DNA of 64,000 nucleotides from assembly GCF_963506605.1 (NCBI RefSeq), contig NC_083286.1, positions 53,692,001 to 53,756,000 of the forward strand, in the 5' to 3' direction. The notes beneath the pieces were generated by a model. That model saw only the letters and a program-made list of their open reading frames with translations. It was not told the origin of the DNA and ran no database searches. Source of the stretch: Zootoca vivipara. Taxonomy: Eukaryota. Below are positions 13,601 to 26,381 of the stretch, one piece after another (position 1 is the stretch's first letter; every line of letters begins with the position of its first letter). Both the position numbers and the translations under genes were made by a program.

Positions 13601-14229
13601 TGGGCATTGCTGAACCACAGGCATTGGTTCCCTCCTGCTGCCCGTTAATGTGTTCCTGCTTATAAAAGGAAGAAACAAAGTTGATCTGAGATTATGTTTT
13701 CCACACAAATCAATGCTGCTGGCTGTTAATGAGTCTTCAGCGTGGATTTCCTAGGAATATCAGGCCAGCCTTGCTGCCTGTTTGGACTTGATGCTCTAAG
13801 TGCCCTGGGCTCACACAATCTTCTTCAGAACGTTTTAAGAACGTGAACGTTGATGTAGCCGTCAGCTCTTCAGCAAAAGAATTACTGCTTCCGCCTCTTC
13901 AGCCAGCTCTTTATCTCCCGCTACCACCACCCCGAGCCTCCCAGCAATTCACTTCGGTTTCTCAAATATAGTCTTAAAAGATACTTAACGACTCTCCCAA
14001 ACCACCTTTTACTCTAATTTCATTTCAGGGCCTGTCTGATAGTTACAGCTCTTGTTCATTTTGATGGCAGCCCTGTTATAAGGTATCCTTCTAAGTACTC
14101 CCTTCTCAGCATTTGAAATCAGAAATGAGGGGGGTCTGCCAGCAATGTGGTGTAGCCACTTCCTTTGCCACTCTGCTGGTTTTGAACAAAGGAAATTCAA
14201 AGGGAAAATGCAGTATGACGTCATCACCA

Positions 14230-14535
14230 TTATTTTATTATTTATACCCCGCTCATCTGGCTGGATTGCCCCAGCCACTCTGGACGCCTTCCAACACATA
14301 TGAAAACATAACAGAACGTCAAACGTGTTTTTTTTTTAAAAAAACTTCCCTATACAGGGCTGCTTCCAGATGTATAGTTCTTTACAGTATCTCCTTGACA
14401 TCTGATGGGAGGGGGTTCCATGGAGGGGGCACCGCTGCCGAGAAGCTCCTCTCTCTGCCTGGTTCTCTGTAGCTTCACTTCTCGCAGTGAGGGAACCACC
14501 AGAAGGAGCTGGACCTCAGTGTCTGGGCTGAACAA
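14230..14535 (-). mobile_element. L2 3' end fragment
   Basis: Diverged copy of the same L2 3'UTR and ORF end. Confidence 0.75.
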
Positions 14536-14699
14536 TGAGGGTGGAGACAACCAAGTATACATTGCTGAACTTCTTGATGAATTGCAACATCTGTTGCTTT
14601 AATTGGAATAATGAATCTTTCATCACATACCATGTGTTAATTATCTTATCAATGTCAAGATGCTTGTGTTGTGTGGCAGGTTTCCAAACCCTCCTGAGA

Positions 14700-15484
14700 T
14701 GTTAAGGAATAAAAGACACATGAGACCAGTATTTTAGTTTAATGGGCTAAAAAAGGCCACAACTTTATTGGTTACGGAATGTGAGTGGTATTGGCTTAGG
14801 CATTGGAAACTAACTGACTATATCTGACTCCTGCCTGTCTGCCTGTCTAGGAAGGGTTAACCACCGGTAGGGGGAGCCCTGCTGATGCACATCAACTAGA
14901 AACTCCCCCAAGGTCACCGCTAGGGGTCATGCCATGGCCCTAGCCCCCCGTCTGGGGCTTCGGACAGAGTCAATGCCCCCTGGATTCCTTTAACGGAATA
15001 CCTTTGAATTAGGAGGGGTAGGTGATGGCCACTACCTCCCTTCACCTCCAACTGACTAAAATGCCTAGCCTTAGGGAGGGAGGGTGGGAGAACTGCGCAA
15101 GCAGGAAGCAAAAGGGGGGCGAGTCCTCGACCATGGGCGATTTAAATTGCCCAAGCCATGCCCCCAGACTGACCTCATTGCAGGGCCGTCTTGAGCAGAT
15201 CGCGCGCCCTGGTGCTGAGGGGCGGAGATCGCTCCGCCGTCCGCCCCGCCCTCGCAGGGCGCAATTGGTTTCCAATTGGTTTCCAATTGCCAGGCCGGCA
15301 CCCAGCTTACCAGCCCCGCGCCATGGTGCACTGCCACCACCCGGGGGCTACGAAGAGCCGGCCCTGCCTCATTGGTTGGTCCAAGGGATGAAGCGGCCGA
15401 GGACTCCAATGGCACCGGGGCCATGGTTTGTGCCCAGCATGGGCCAGGTTTGTGCCCAGCCTGCAAATGGCTTTAGCACCGACA
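14700..15484 (-). mobile_element. Probable solo LTR (antisense)
   Basis: TG...CA ends. On minus strand, in order: CCAAT boxes, GC boxes, TTTAAAT, then AATAAA (14764-14769) about 65 nt from the end. CpG-rich, short internal duplications. No TSD found. Confidence 0.5.
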
Positions 15485-16632
15485 GTACTTTGTGAGTGGT
15501 CACTGTTAAGCTTTAGCCCTAGCTAGAGACAGGGGAAATTTGACTCCGTTCACTTTTATAAAGGCCAGTCTATCTAATTCACACTTTCCAATGTAATATA
15601 TAAACTGAAACACATCAAACCTTTGAAATTTGCACTTCACCGAATTTTGCAATGCAGTTCAACTTCATGCTGCACCCAAACCCAGCCATAGGCTCTGTCT
15701 TGCTCCAGAGTGAGTCCTTGGTTTACCTCTTATGGTTTGTGTGACAGAAACAAATCGTGAGTCCAGCTTCGACCATAGCACTAAGCAAAACCATGCCTTG
15801 GCAGCAGCAGGACTAAAAAAAAGACTGCTGCATCTGTGATCTTCACTTCACATCTTCACTTCAATCTGTGTCTGCATTTGCACATTTGTGTCAATCCATA
15901 GTTTGGCTTAGCTGTACATGTGAACTCATCCAGGGTAAAGGGAGAGTCTTGCATCTCTTAGAGGTTCATAGAGTTGGAGGCAACTTGCAAGCCAGTGGAG
16001 GTGTGTTTAATGCGCACACATCCAGGAGCTGCACAAAGCAGCTATAAGGGTTGCTGTACACCAGTACATTGGCCCATTCCACCTTTGCTGCTCCCATTTG
16101 TCTGCGTCAGCTCCCTGACTATCACAAACACAACGTTTGACTCGTATGCCTGGTACATAACCTGCGGTTTTCCACATTGCAGCAAAAACCTTCTGAATGT
16201 GGGCTGTGTGGTGCATCTTGGAGCTGTTATGTGCACAGGTGATGGGATCTGAGCCATCTCTCCTTCCATATTTTGTCTCTCACAGCCCATCTCCCAAACT
16301 CGCTTTCTTTTCTCCTAGTTGGGCTCTGAGAGCAGATCTTGAGATGGGCTGAAGTGCCATAGGGTGCCACCTACGTGGAATTAGGTTTGAGGGTCACCCC
16401 TAGCTTAAAGAAGTGGGTCTGTAATATTTTTTTTATTTGTACCCTGACCGTCTGACTGGGCTGCCCCAGCAACTATGGCTGCCATCATAAACACACTTAC
16501 TCAGGAGTAGAGGGCTTCTTTTTATTCCCACTGATGACTGTGGCATATTCAAGACTAACCAATTTATTTTGACACATTTGTGGGCTGGAGTCCATTCATC
16601 TGATGAAGTGGACTAAGTCTTCAAAAGCTTTA

Positions 16633-16861
16633 CAGTCAAACCTCGGTTCCCAAACACCTCTGCTTTGGAACATTTCGGCTCCCGAACACCAAAAACCCAG
16701 AAGAAAGTGTTACGGTTTTCGAACATTTTTTGGAATCCGAATATCCGGTGTGGCTTCCACTTGAGTGCAGGAAGCTCCTGCAGCCAATCGGAAGCTGGGC
16801 CTCATTTGTCAGAAATTTCGGAAGCTGAACAGATTACGTTCAGCAACCGAGGTTTTGACTG
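16633..16861. mobile_element. Tc1/mariner-pogo MITE related to 32960-33211
   Basis: TA|CAGTCAAACCTCGGTT ... AACCGAGGTTTTGACTG. Shares the internal GAGTGCAGGAAGCTCCTGCAGCCAAT block. Confidence 0.78.
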
Positions 16862-17107
16862 TGCAAGACTGTCACTGCAACAGACCAACAAACACTACCC
16901 CTCTGAAAATTATTGCTTATAGTAGCATTTCTCCGCCCTGTGGTCCTTGAAAGAGAGCTGTAGCACACTGAAAAGATATCAACAAGTAATATAAACCCAA
17001 TATATTTAAATTGTAGTCTTCGGACCTTTGTGGGGAGGGGGGACAGTACCTCTGTCAAGTGCTGAGCTGTGTTCATATATTCCTTCTCACCTACCCCCAA
17101 ATTGCAG

Positions 17108-17344
17108 AACAAAGAATACAAGCTCCTGAATGAACAGTTCTCCACAGCTGCCACTTCTCATTCCACCGAGATAGAGAAGCTGAAGAAGGAACTGCAACGA
17201 TATCAGCGGAAGAAGGGAGATGCCAACCAGCTTGCAAGCTTGCAAGAAGAGATTGACTCTCTCCGGCTGGCCCTGGAGAAGGCTCACGGGGAAAGAAAGA
17301 TAGTAGAAGACACCTACACAAAGGAGAAAGATGTGCTCCGAAAG
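17108..17344 (+). CDS. MYO5B: Myosin Vb coding exon (coiled coil)
   Basis: TTGCAG|AAC...CGAAAG|GTAATG, 237 nt. NKEYKLLNEQFS...EDTYTKEKDVLRK. Confidence 0.96.
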
Positions 17345-19861
17345 GTAATGCTCCCCAGGATTTGCCAAACTTTTCGTATCGCAGTGCCCAAACCTTGGAG
17401 ACACTCTCCTGGCAGTCTCTCTGAAAGCTTGCTGGTTGGTTTTTGCATTTCTCACTATTACAGTTTCTGCATCCATCTGCAAGGCCTGATCTAAAGACAC
17501 TCAGGTACACTGGCATTTCTCGAGGCTGATTCGCACTGCCAAATTCTTCCTTGCATACGTGACTACCTAGAAAAAGGTTACTGTGAAACCAGACTGCCCA
17601 CTCAGGGAGATGACAGACACCTCCGTAATCTTAGCTCTCCTTTGGGGTGGGGTATGAGATGGCTGCTGGTTCTGTATTTACAGCTCTATGTCTTTGAAAA
17701 TGCCTTTCTGTGCATTTTGGTGTTTGTACATGAAGAGTCAGGTGCCCAGTCAGCTGGCAGTTCTTCCCTGAACTAAAGGTATTTTGATTTGATAATATTG
17801 TGTGTTTCTACACCAGGACTTCATTATTGCAAACCGGTGTTGCAAATGGGTTGCTGTTTATCTGTGGGTTGTTTCCTGCTAGGTAGTGCTCAGAGTAGCT
17901 CTGTTGAAATTAATGGACCTGGTTGATATTGGACGCAACCCTATGCAACCAAAAAGGCTAGATACTTGGTTCTTTCTCTTGGTACAAATGCTGCTGTTCA
18001 TAAGAAACTACATTTTGTGCTCAGGACCACATCCTGTGGGCTTGTTTGTTTGTTTTTGTCTTCCTATGGTATCACACACTGCAAACAGCCCTAGGCTTGT
18101 GTAGCTACTTGCTTCTCTGGACTGAATAGATTTGTGAAACCCAGAAGCTTGTGCAATGCAGTTGTCCTAGGTGGGCACTGGGCATCACCATATCATGCTG
18201 GCCTTCCATTACTGTGTAAGAGACCAGAGGTTGTAATTTGGATCTGGCAAACTTCCTAATTTCTCAGCCTCTAGGAACACCCCTGCTTTCCCAATTGCCA
18301 TTCTAGATGTGGCCAGGCTTTTTCTGTGCACACAGCAGAATGAAGTGATCAAAAGGGGAGAACCACTTCAGATTGCAGTCTGGGAAAATACATAAAATAA
18401 AATAAAACCACCACGCTTCTGCTTGTAAAACTCTTTGCAAGTAGAAAAGTAGCATGGCAGAAAGTCAGCCAGACTATATAAACTTTCTCTCAAGGGGGAG
18501 CTGACTTTGTTTTTTCAAAAGCAGGAAGCCTCACCTACAACTTTAAAGTACCATAATCTACACTCTACCAGTTCCAGTGGATAGGTTTGCTCCAAAAGAG
18601 GTGGCTCTTTGTGGGCCAGGATGACAGACTTTTTCCTCTGTCCTTCTAGGTTAGGCAGCAACACACACAATATTTGAAGGGAAGAATACAGTACATATAA
18701 TAGTTTTTTTTTAGATGCCACAGGCATGTGCACCAGGTAGCTGCATTATGTTGAAGTCTTGCCAGTCCCCCTGTTCACTATAGAAGATGATCCACTGCAG
18801 AAAACTTTGGCTGGTTTTTCTAGGTGACTGTTTAGTTTGCAGCAACGCACACGAAACAACAGACCTAACAGCTGTGTTCAGACCTTGGAGGAGAACTAAT
18901 GCTCCGAAGATACTTTGGAGAGATCATTTCATAAATGAGCTGTTCTAATTTTGTTGCTTTAGGGCTTTTTGGCTCCCCCTCGCCCTCCCGTTTTCATGCA
19001 CATTGAATAACGCCTTACAAAAGCCATTTGAACTTTTCTTGTAATAAACTGCTTGCTTCCCACTGGCCGCTGTTATCCATTTAGGGTTTGGCTTTTTAAA
19101 TGTCATGTGCACTTATTGATAAAATACCTCTGCAGTTTCCTGCCTGCCAAGAAAACTGGGGAATGGTTATATGAATATAGGTAAGAATTAGGCTGCTGTA
19201 TGGATGAATGAGGCTTAGCAGCCATGTATTGTTGGGCTTGCTAGGACAGGGGGAAAAAAATCTTTTTTTATTCTGATGTATAAAGCCTTCTTTCTCCAGC
19301 AGCTCAGAATCCATGTACACGCTCTGTGTAGCAATTTTCTAAATTATAGCTGTTCTGCTCCGAGTTGCAATTGTGTAGACTGAGAGGAACACCACAGTGA
19401 AATTTGGGGTGCCAGCCTACAGCCTTGTCCATGTGCAGCACAACCAAGCCAAAATTTCACACGCTAAAAGCAATTGAGCGAAGTAAGACTGCTGTGGCTA
19501 AATAGAATGACCTTGTGCGCGACATGTCAGTGTCCCCTATTTTGCCAGTGTTGGCTCTGGGATATGAGAAGCATCCAAGTTAGAACTGAGCTTTTTCCTC
19601 TCTTTTTTTCTTCTCTTTTTTTTTTACCCTCAGACAATATGATCCAAAGTGTTATTATTTTAATGTTATGTGAAAGACTAATTGCACTGTGGCAAAGACT
19701 AAACAGTGAAAGGGGGCTGGGACAAGACATCAGGCGTGGCCACTGGAGTCTAGCAATGGCCTGAATTCATTGCATCCCTCAAAATCACTGAGGAGGTATC
19801 TCAGATTCACTTCAAGTTTAGTTTGGGGTGGTTTCTTCGCTTAGACAGTCTTTCTCTTTCT

Positions 19862-20240
19862 TTTTTTTATAATATTTTTATTGGAATTTTCACAAAAATA
19901 ACAACAATATATAAAGAAAAAAGAAAAAAGACAAAAAGAAAGGAAAAAAAGAACAAATAACAATAAAACAACAATTCTCATATCACTTCACATGGTATAA
20001 TGGGACCTCCTCGGGTTTCCCTCCCTGTGGTTCTTTAACACATTTATAATTAGCAAATTCTAAATCATTTTAATCACCTTACATAACCTTATTTTCTTCC
20101 TTTCATATCACATATTCCTAAATTCCACAGTTTATTTACAACTTAATTTCTGATCTAATATGTTACTTTAGCATATTTTTTAAAATACAGTTTAAAATCT
20201 TTCCATTCTTCTTCCATCGCTTCCTCTCCCTGGTTGCGGA
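19862..20240 (-). mobile_element. 5'-truncated L1 (ORF2 C-terminus + 3'UTR + poly(A)), different subfamily
   Basis: TSD TTTCTCTTTCT at 19851-19861 and 20241-20251. Minus strand encodes IRNQGEEAMEEEWKDFKLYFKKYAKVTY*, similar to an L1 ORF2 terminus. AATAAA and A-tail present. Confidence 0.8.
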
Positions 20241-20393
20241 TTTCTCTTTCTGGCAGTCTTTCCCTTTCTTTAACACAAGGTTAAAAAAAAACTCCTCAGA
20301 GTTTTCACCATGACCTACAGAGCCGTCTCAAAGTTATTCCATGTCTGAGGCATAAGGTCCAAGTTTGCCTTAGACAGCAAACACTGTTTATAC

Positions 20394-20531
20394 CAGGCAT
20401 CCCCAAACTTCAGCCCTCCAGATGTTTTGGACCACAATCCCCATCATCCCTGACCACTGGTCCTGTTAGCTAGGGATCATGGGAGTTGTAGGCCAAAACA
20501 TCTGGAGGGGGCCGCAGTTTGGGGGTGCCTG
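20394..20531. mobile_element. ~136-bp palindromic hAT MITE
   Basis: Same family. TSD GTTTATAC at 20386-20393 and 20532-20539. Confidence 0.9.
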
Positions 20532-21234
20532 GTTTATACTAAACACTAAGAATGTAAGAAGAGCCTGCTGGATCAGGCCAGTGGCCAATCTAGTCCAGCA
20601 TCCTGTTCTCACAGTGGCCAACCGGATGCCCATGGAAAACTTGCTAACAGAAACTGAGCTCAGCATTATTCTCCCTGCTTGTGACTTCCATCAACTGCTA
20701 TTCACACCCACAGCAGAAGCAGAGCATAGTCATCACGTCTTGTGGGGATAATTGCTCTTGTGCTCATGTTCTGCTTCCTATTTTTCTACAGGCATATGGC
20801 TGGCCACTGTGAGAACACGATGCTGGACTATCTTCCTTAATAGTAGCGCAAAAATGTCCTTTTTGTGATTTTGCCAATGACCGGGGGGGGGGGTGGACTT
20901 TATAAAAGCTCAACGACTTTTGTGTCTGGATTTTCACTTTTTGAAATATGGCAACCCCAATTGACCTGGCCCAGCAGGCTGTTCTTATGTCTAGTAGTCA
21001 TTGATTTATACCAAAGTTTGCACATTCTTTTAAAAAATGGTCCTTAGAGTAGGCTGTTTAAAAAAGCAAGCCTTTCACTGTTGTGTATCATTATTCTAGC
21101 GATCGAAGGAGGACAAAAAACCGGTTTGGCTATAAAAGCCAGCCAGGTGAAACTCTGTCGCTCCACGGAGTTAACTGACCTTGAGTTGCCTTACATTGTG
21201 GGACAGTAATATTGCTCTCTTGCTTTCTCCTCAG

Positions 21235-21319
21235 CGGATAACGGACTTGGAAGAGGAGAATGCACTGCTGAAGCAGGAAAAAGAGGAGCTGAACAACAAA
21301 ATTCTGTGTCAGTCGGAAG
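21235..21319 (+). CDS. MYO5B: Myosin Vb coding exon (coiled coil)
   Basis: CTCCTCAG|CGG...GAAG|GTAAGG, 85 nt. RITDLEEENALLKQEKEELNNKILCQSE. Confidence 0.96.
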
Positions 21320-21485
21320 GTAAGGAGGAAGAGCAGGGCATATGGTTTCATTTAACGCTGGTGATAAATCGGGCTGGCAGTTTTGCTTTTGTTTCTTCCT
21401 TGTAGTGTTATGAGCCCTTTCTCCCTTAGTGTTAGTTGTGATTGATAAGTAGAAATGTACTAATCTTCTAACAGTCCCTCTTCAC

Positions 21486-21736
21486 CAGTGTGGTGTAGTG
21501 GTTAAGAGCAGTAGACTCGTAATCTGGGAAACCGGGTTCGTGTCTCCGCTCCTCCACATGCAGCTGCTGGGTGACCTTGGGCTAGTCACACTTCTCGGAA
21601 GTCTCTCAGCCCCACCCACCTCACAGAGTGTTTGTTGTGGGGGAAGAAGGGAAAGGAGAATGTTAGCCGCTTTAAGACTCCTTAGGGTAGTGATAAAGCG
21701 GGATATCAAATCCAAATTCTTCTACTCTTCTTCTTC
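21486..21736 (+). mobile_element. MIR/Ther1-related squamate SINE (Squam3-like) with (CTT)n tail
   Basis: CCAGTGTGGTGTAGTGGTTAAGAG A-box, GGGTTCG B-box, core gtgaccttgggctagtcac, tail tcttcttc. Confidence 0.8.
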
Positions 21737-22386
21737 GCCTCCCTCCCGAAGACATCATTGGAATAGCTCTCAGGGAGATGAGACAGCAGGAGGGGAAGCT
21801 GATTCAATTAAGCGTGGAATAAAAAAAGGTTTCCACATATGCGCACAAATTCCCCAATCTTCAGTTATATTTTTTTGGATCTAATCAGAGGAACTGTGAA
21901 GGGAAATTACTCGACAGTGTCATCAAACAAGTGATGTTCAGACAGCAGTATTTGCACTGCAACAAAGGGCCTCTTTAACATAACAAGGCACCGTGAATGG
22001 ATCCTTTAAAAAACTGACTTAGACATTGGCAAGCTGAGAGAGAAAACAAGCTGGGGAAACCATAATGTGCGTGAGGAATGCAAGCGCTCAGTAAATACCT
22101 TTGTTATCTAATGGGTTGTACAAGCTTCTCATTTTTTTGATAGAGGGCTTTCTTTCATTTTTAGGGCTGTCACCCTAAAGAAATGTTGCTTGATGGATCA
22201 GATGAGTTCTATCTGATCCATTGGTTAGGAACAAACATAGGCGCAAAGGAAACTGCCTTGAGGTTTTTCCACACTTCCTAGGCTCAGATCCGAACAGTTT
22301 TCTGTTTGTCCTGCCACTTTCCTTAGGAAAACCCACTGTTTACTCCTGAATTGGAACAAACATCAATCATAAATTATACACCACTT

Positions 22387-22389
<3 letters not shown>

Positions 22390-22434
<45 letters not shown>
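22390..22434. repeat. (AT)n microsatellite
   Basis: About 22 perfect units. Confidence 0.95.
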
Positions 22435-22441
<7 letters not shown>

Positions 22442-22547
22442 AACCAACCCTTCGAGCGGTTTACAAAAGATAAAACAGTAAAGTCAAGAAAAAAGTAACA
22501 ACCCTACTTTAAAACATACAAAAGGGAAAACACTAAAATAGATTAAG

Positions 22548-22751
22548 TTACAGGTAGGTAGCCGTGTTGGTCTGACGTAGTAAAAAAAATTTTTGGAAAA
22601 AATATCCTTCCAGTAGCACCTTAAAGACCAACTAAGTTTGTCATAGGTATGAGGTGTGCATCTGAAGAAGTGTGCATGCACACGAAAGCTCATACCTATG
22701 ACAAACTTAGTTGGTCTCTAAGGTGCTACTGGAAGGATTTTTATTTTGTTT
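22548..22751. mobile_element. Penelope-like element remnant (inverted pseudo-LTR ends) with hammerhead motif
   Basis: Inverted arms 22604-22653 and 22689-22738. 14-bp TSD TAAAATAGATTAAG at 22534-22547 and 22752-22765. CTGAAGAAGTG...CACGAAAGCTCATAC core typical of vertebrate PLE ends. Confidence 0.8.
22658..22695 (+). ncRNA. Candidate minimal type I hammerhead ribozyme (PLE-type)
   Basis: CUGAAGA-A-[GUGUGC AU GCACAC]-GAAA-GC-UC^AUAC. Core nucleotides intact; palindromic AGCU mini stem III. Activity untested. Confidence 0.6.
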
Positions 22752-23390
22752 TAAAATAGATTAAGATTGCCTCAACTTTCTAAGCATCCGAAACAGGTGC
22801 CGAAAAGAGTACAGTAAAGGCGCCCGTTTGACCTCAAGAGGCAGGGAGTTCCAAAGTACAGGGGCTGCCACATTGAATGACCAGGTTCTTACAAATGCAG
22901 AAGAGGTATTGCATTGCACCTGTAGTAGTGCTGTTTGTGCCAATCGAAGTGGCTGAGTGGGCACATGTGAGGTAAGACTATCTCGTAGGTAAACTGGTCC
23001 CAAGTTGCTGAGGGCTTTAAATATTAATAGTAACACCTTGAACATGACCCAGTAGCAAATGGGCAATCAGATCTCTGGGCACAGTGGTTATATCCTGACG
23101 AGGTCTCACTCCTGTCAGCAGTCATGCTACAGCATTCGGCTCTAACTATTCAGCTTCTGGATCAAGCACGAGTGAATCTTCTTTAGGCTTCTTATTTATT
23201 TCAGAAGCCAGCAACATATACCAGTATGTGTAAGACTGCAGGCCAGTCCTCACCAACCTAGTTACCTCCAGATGTTGGGGAGAGCCTGAATCGATGCTCT
23301 TTTTCTAGAAAAAGAGGTGCCAAAGTTCACCACTTCAGTAAAAATTCAGTAGTTAAACATGTCAAATTTGTCTTCCTTTTGTTCTGTAAG

Positions 23391-23539
23391 ATGAGTTTGC
23401 ACAAAATGCTGCTGAGGAAAATCTGCTGACAAAGAAGGAGCTGGAAGAGGAGAGAGTTCGCTATCAGAATCTCGTGCAGGAGTATTCAAGGCTGGAGCAG
23501 AGATATGACAACTTAAGGGATGAAATGGCTATCATAAAG
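23391..23539 (+). CDS. MYO5B: Myosin Vb coding exon (coiled coil)
   Basis: GTTCTGTAAG|AT...ATAAAG|GTAATG, 149 nt, phase 1 to 0. (D)[49 protein letters not shown]. Missed by the ORF track. Confidence 0.96.
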
Positions 23540-23749
23540 GTAATGGGATGCTGACAGGAGCAGATAATATTCTGTCAACTGTGATACGTTCGCTGGCTAT
23601 ATTTTGGGAAGCGCTTCCAACTACAGCAAATACCTGTGTGTTCTCGTTAGAGCTGACAGAAATAATTAGTGCTAAGCAATATCCCATAAACATAATGGAT
23701 TTATGTGAGATATGAGAACTAGCGTAACTCCCATAGCTCTGCCGAGTTA

Positions 23750-24035
23750 GGCCCCCATCTGCACTACACATTTAAAGCAGTACCATACCACTTTAAATCA
23801 TCATGGCTCCCCCAAAGAATCCTGGGAATAGTAGTTTGTTAAGTCTGCCAAGACCTGTTAGGAGACTCTTATTCCCCACACAGAGCTACAATTCCCAGAG
23901 TCCCCTGGGAAGAAGGCTGGACTGTTAAACCACTCTTGGTATTACAGCTCTGTGGAGCAAATAAGAGTCTCCTAATGACTCCCAGCTTCCTTAACAAGCT
24001 ACAGTTCCCAGAATTCTTTGGGGGCAAGTCATGAC
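23750..24035. mobile_element. Old palindromic MITE (family uncertain)
   Basis: Diverged inverted arms: catggctcccccaaagaatcctgggaatagtagtttgttaag vs cttaacaagctacagttcccagaattctttggggcaagtcatg. Confidence 0.6.
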
Positions 24036-24304
24036 CCAAAAGGGATGGGGAGAGAGGAGGTAAAAAGCAAACTCTGGCACCTGTTTTTAAAATTAAGGTT
24101 CTGAAAACAGCTAGCTGGGATGGAGAAAGTTAGTGTAGCCTTGATGGAGTGGTGGCTGCCAGGTGATTGTTGAGGAGGAGCTGGTCACTGTGAAGCTGGT
24201 GCAATAGACCTCCTTCTCTTCTCTCCCTCTGTTCTGCAGTTTGATAGAACAGCTGCCTGCAGGTGGTAGTTGGGTAACTTTAACACTGTCATCTCTTTCC
24301 ATAG

Positions 24305-24427
<123 letters not shown>

Positions 24428-26381
24428 TGAACGTTCAATTCAAACAGGGTTTGCGGGCAGGGGTTTTTAAGTGGGTCCCTGCATGGTCACCGGAGTGCCA
24501 TGAATTTTTCTGAATGAGGCAGATTGAGTAGAGATGTGGTTTTGAAATGTGACTATTAAGTTTTCTTGTGCTGCTGGAAAGCCAGCACTAATTATCTAGG
24601 GAGCAGCAGATGTCAAAACCTCAGCCTCGCATTGAGAAAGTCGCACTGTTTATATCTTTAATTAGGCAATTAAAGAGGATTAATTTTTAAACGCACGCTT
24701 TTAGTTAACAGTTAGGTCTGTACACAGTGAGCATTAAGTAACGATAATTAAAAAGAAAGCTAGTGGTTAATAATGCATTTGTAGAACATATTTTCCTTTC
24801 AAAAGGCTTCCAACCCTCCTGAGGATTGGCTTTAGGCACCCCTATTGTGTTTTCAGAGAGATTTCCAGCCTCCCTGGTACACTTTCAGCATAACCAACAT
24901 TTTAAAGTACATTAGGGCACAAGGCATTAATGTATCTATCCGTGCAGCGTGCAAACTTGGTGGAGAATGCAGAGCGACACTCCGAAGGCTTCCTTGTGCT
25001 CTCCAAAAGGGCTAATATAGAACAAAATCCCAAGGTTCCTGGAAGAGCATTTGACGGGCCATAGCACAGACTATATTTGCCTCTCAGCCCCCAGAGAAGG
25101 AGGTCCGTAGGTGCAGAAGCCTCCCCGTCGTGGGCACAGAGCCTGCTGCCACCCTTTGCACTCCACCATCGGTAACAGTAAGGAGTTACCAGGTGGTAAC
25201 TCCAGCGGGTGGGGGGCTGGATGCAAAGCCCTCGCATTCCCCCAACATCTCCCCAAATTGTGCCCCTAGTCCTGGAGCTATCACACTGATTTCCCCTCCC
25301 CTTTGGGACCAAAGGGAGAGGAAATGTGAAAATGAATGAATGGTCAAGAAAGAAGGCCCCCACCTTCCACTAAGCCAGCAGGAGTCCAGCAGGGTTTTGG
25401 ATTGGCAAAATTTCTGTCTCCGTTTCTGCCCGCTCCATCCTTGTAAAATTAATCGGCCTAGGGTGTTAAGAATGTGTTGAACTGAAGTAATGAGTGCAAG
25501 GGCTAAGGCCGATATTTTCAACCACTTAAAAAGTAGACAAAATGCGTTCAGCTGGCATGTCCGGTGGCAGAGGTTATGATTGAAGGGCTCAGTGGCTGGC
25601 GTGTTAGGGTGTCTAGAGCGAAAAGCAAAATGGAATGGAGGCCGGACTACCACTTAGACATTCCTTTGTCTGTTACGGATTGTCTTGTGGCCTTTAGTCA
25701 CTTCACCTCTCGGTGCTGCCATTTCCCTCCCTGTTAAATGGGGTGTTTAGGATCGTTAGTTACCTGACCATGAGAGCTAAGAAGCCAAAGATGGATTTGT
25801 GAAATTGCTTTCTCGCTTTGGATTGCACCAAGTGCAAAGTGTCAAGGCCTCTGACACCAGTAGAAGCTGCTGATTAAGAGCTTGTGCATCTCAGGTTTTT
25901 TTTTTTTTTATAGAAAAACCTTTATTGATTTACATGAATAAAAACCATAACAGATAACAATCATCATTGCATTCATATAAGCTTAACCACAATTCATCAC
26001 AAGAATTCATAGAGTTTGCAAAAAAAAAGGAAAAAGAAAAAAGAAAAAGGGAGAAAAAGAAAAAAACAGGAGAAATAAAAAAGGGAAGAGAAAAGGGAAA
26101 GGAAAAGAAAAAAGGGAGAAAGGAAAATGGATATATAGATAAGGTAGAATAAAAAGAAATAGAAAAGGGTTAACAAGAACGTTGAGACTCAAAAAGAAAA
26201 AGAGAGGAGTCCCAAGAAATACAAGAAGAAAAAAGGTAAGTCCAAACAGGTAAGTCACTACTTCCACCGCTTCTTCGTACAGTTACAATCGTAGTACGTA
26301 GTCTGTCTTTTTGTAAATATCGTAGTTATATCAGTAGTCAGTTTACAAGTCTTCTAATTCCAGTTCTCGCGTCCGACAAGA

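Larger units (their letters stand above)
22435..23165 (-). mobile_element. Older L2 3' fragment interrupted by a Penelope-like insertion
   Basis: ORF 22761-23066 reads FKVLLLIFKALSNLGPVYLRD...SFNVAAPVLWNSLP, an L2 ORF2 C-terminus. Confidence 0.7.
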
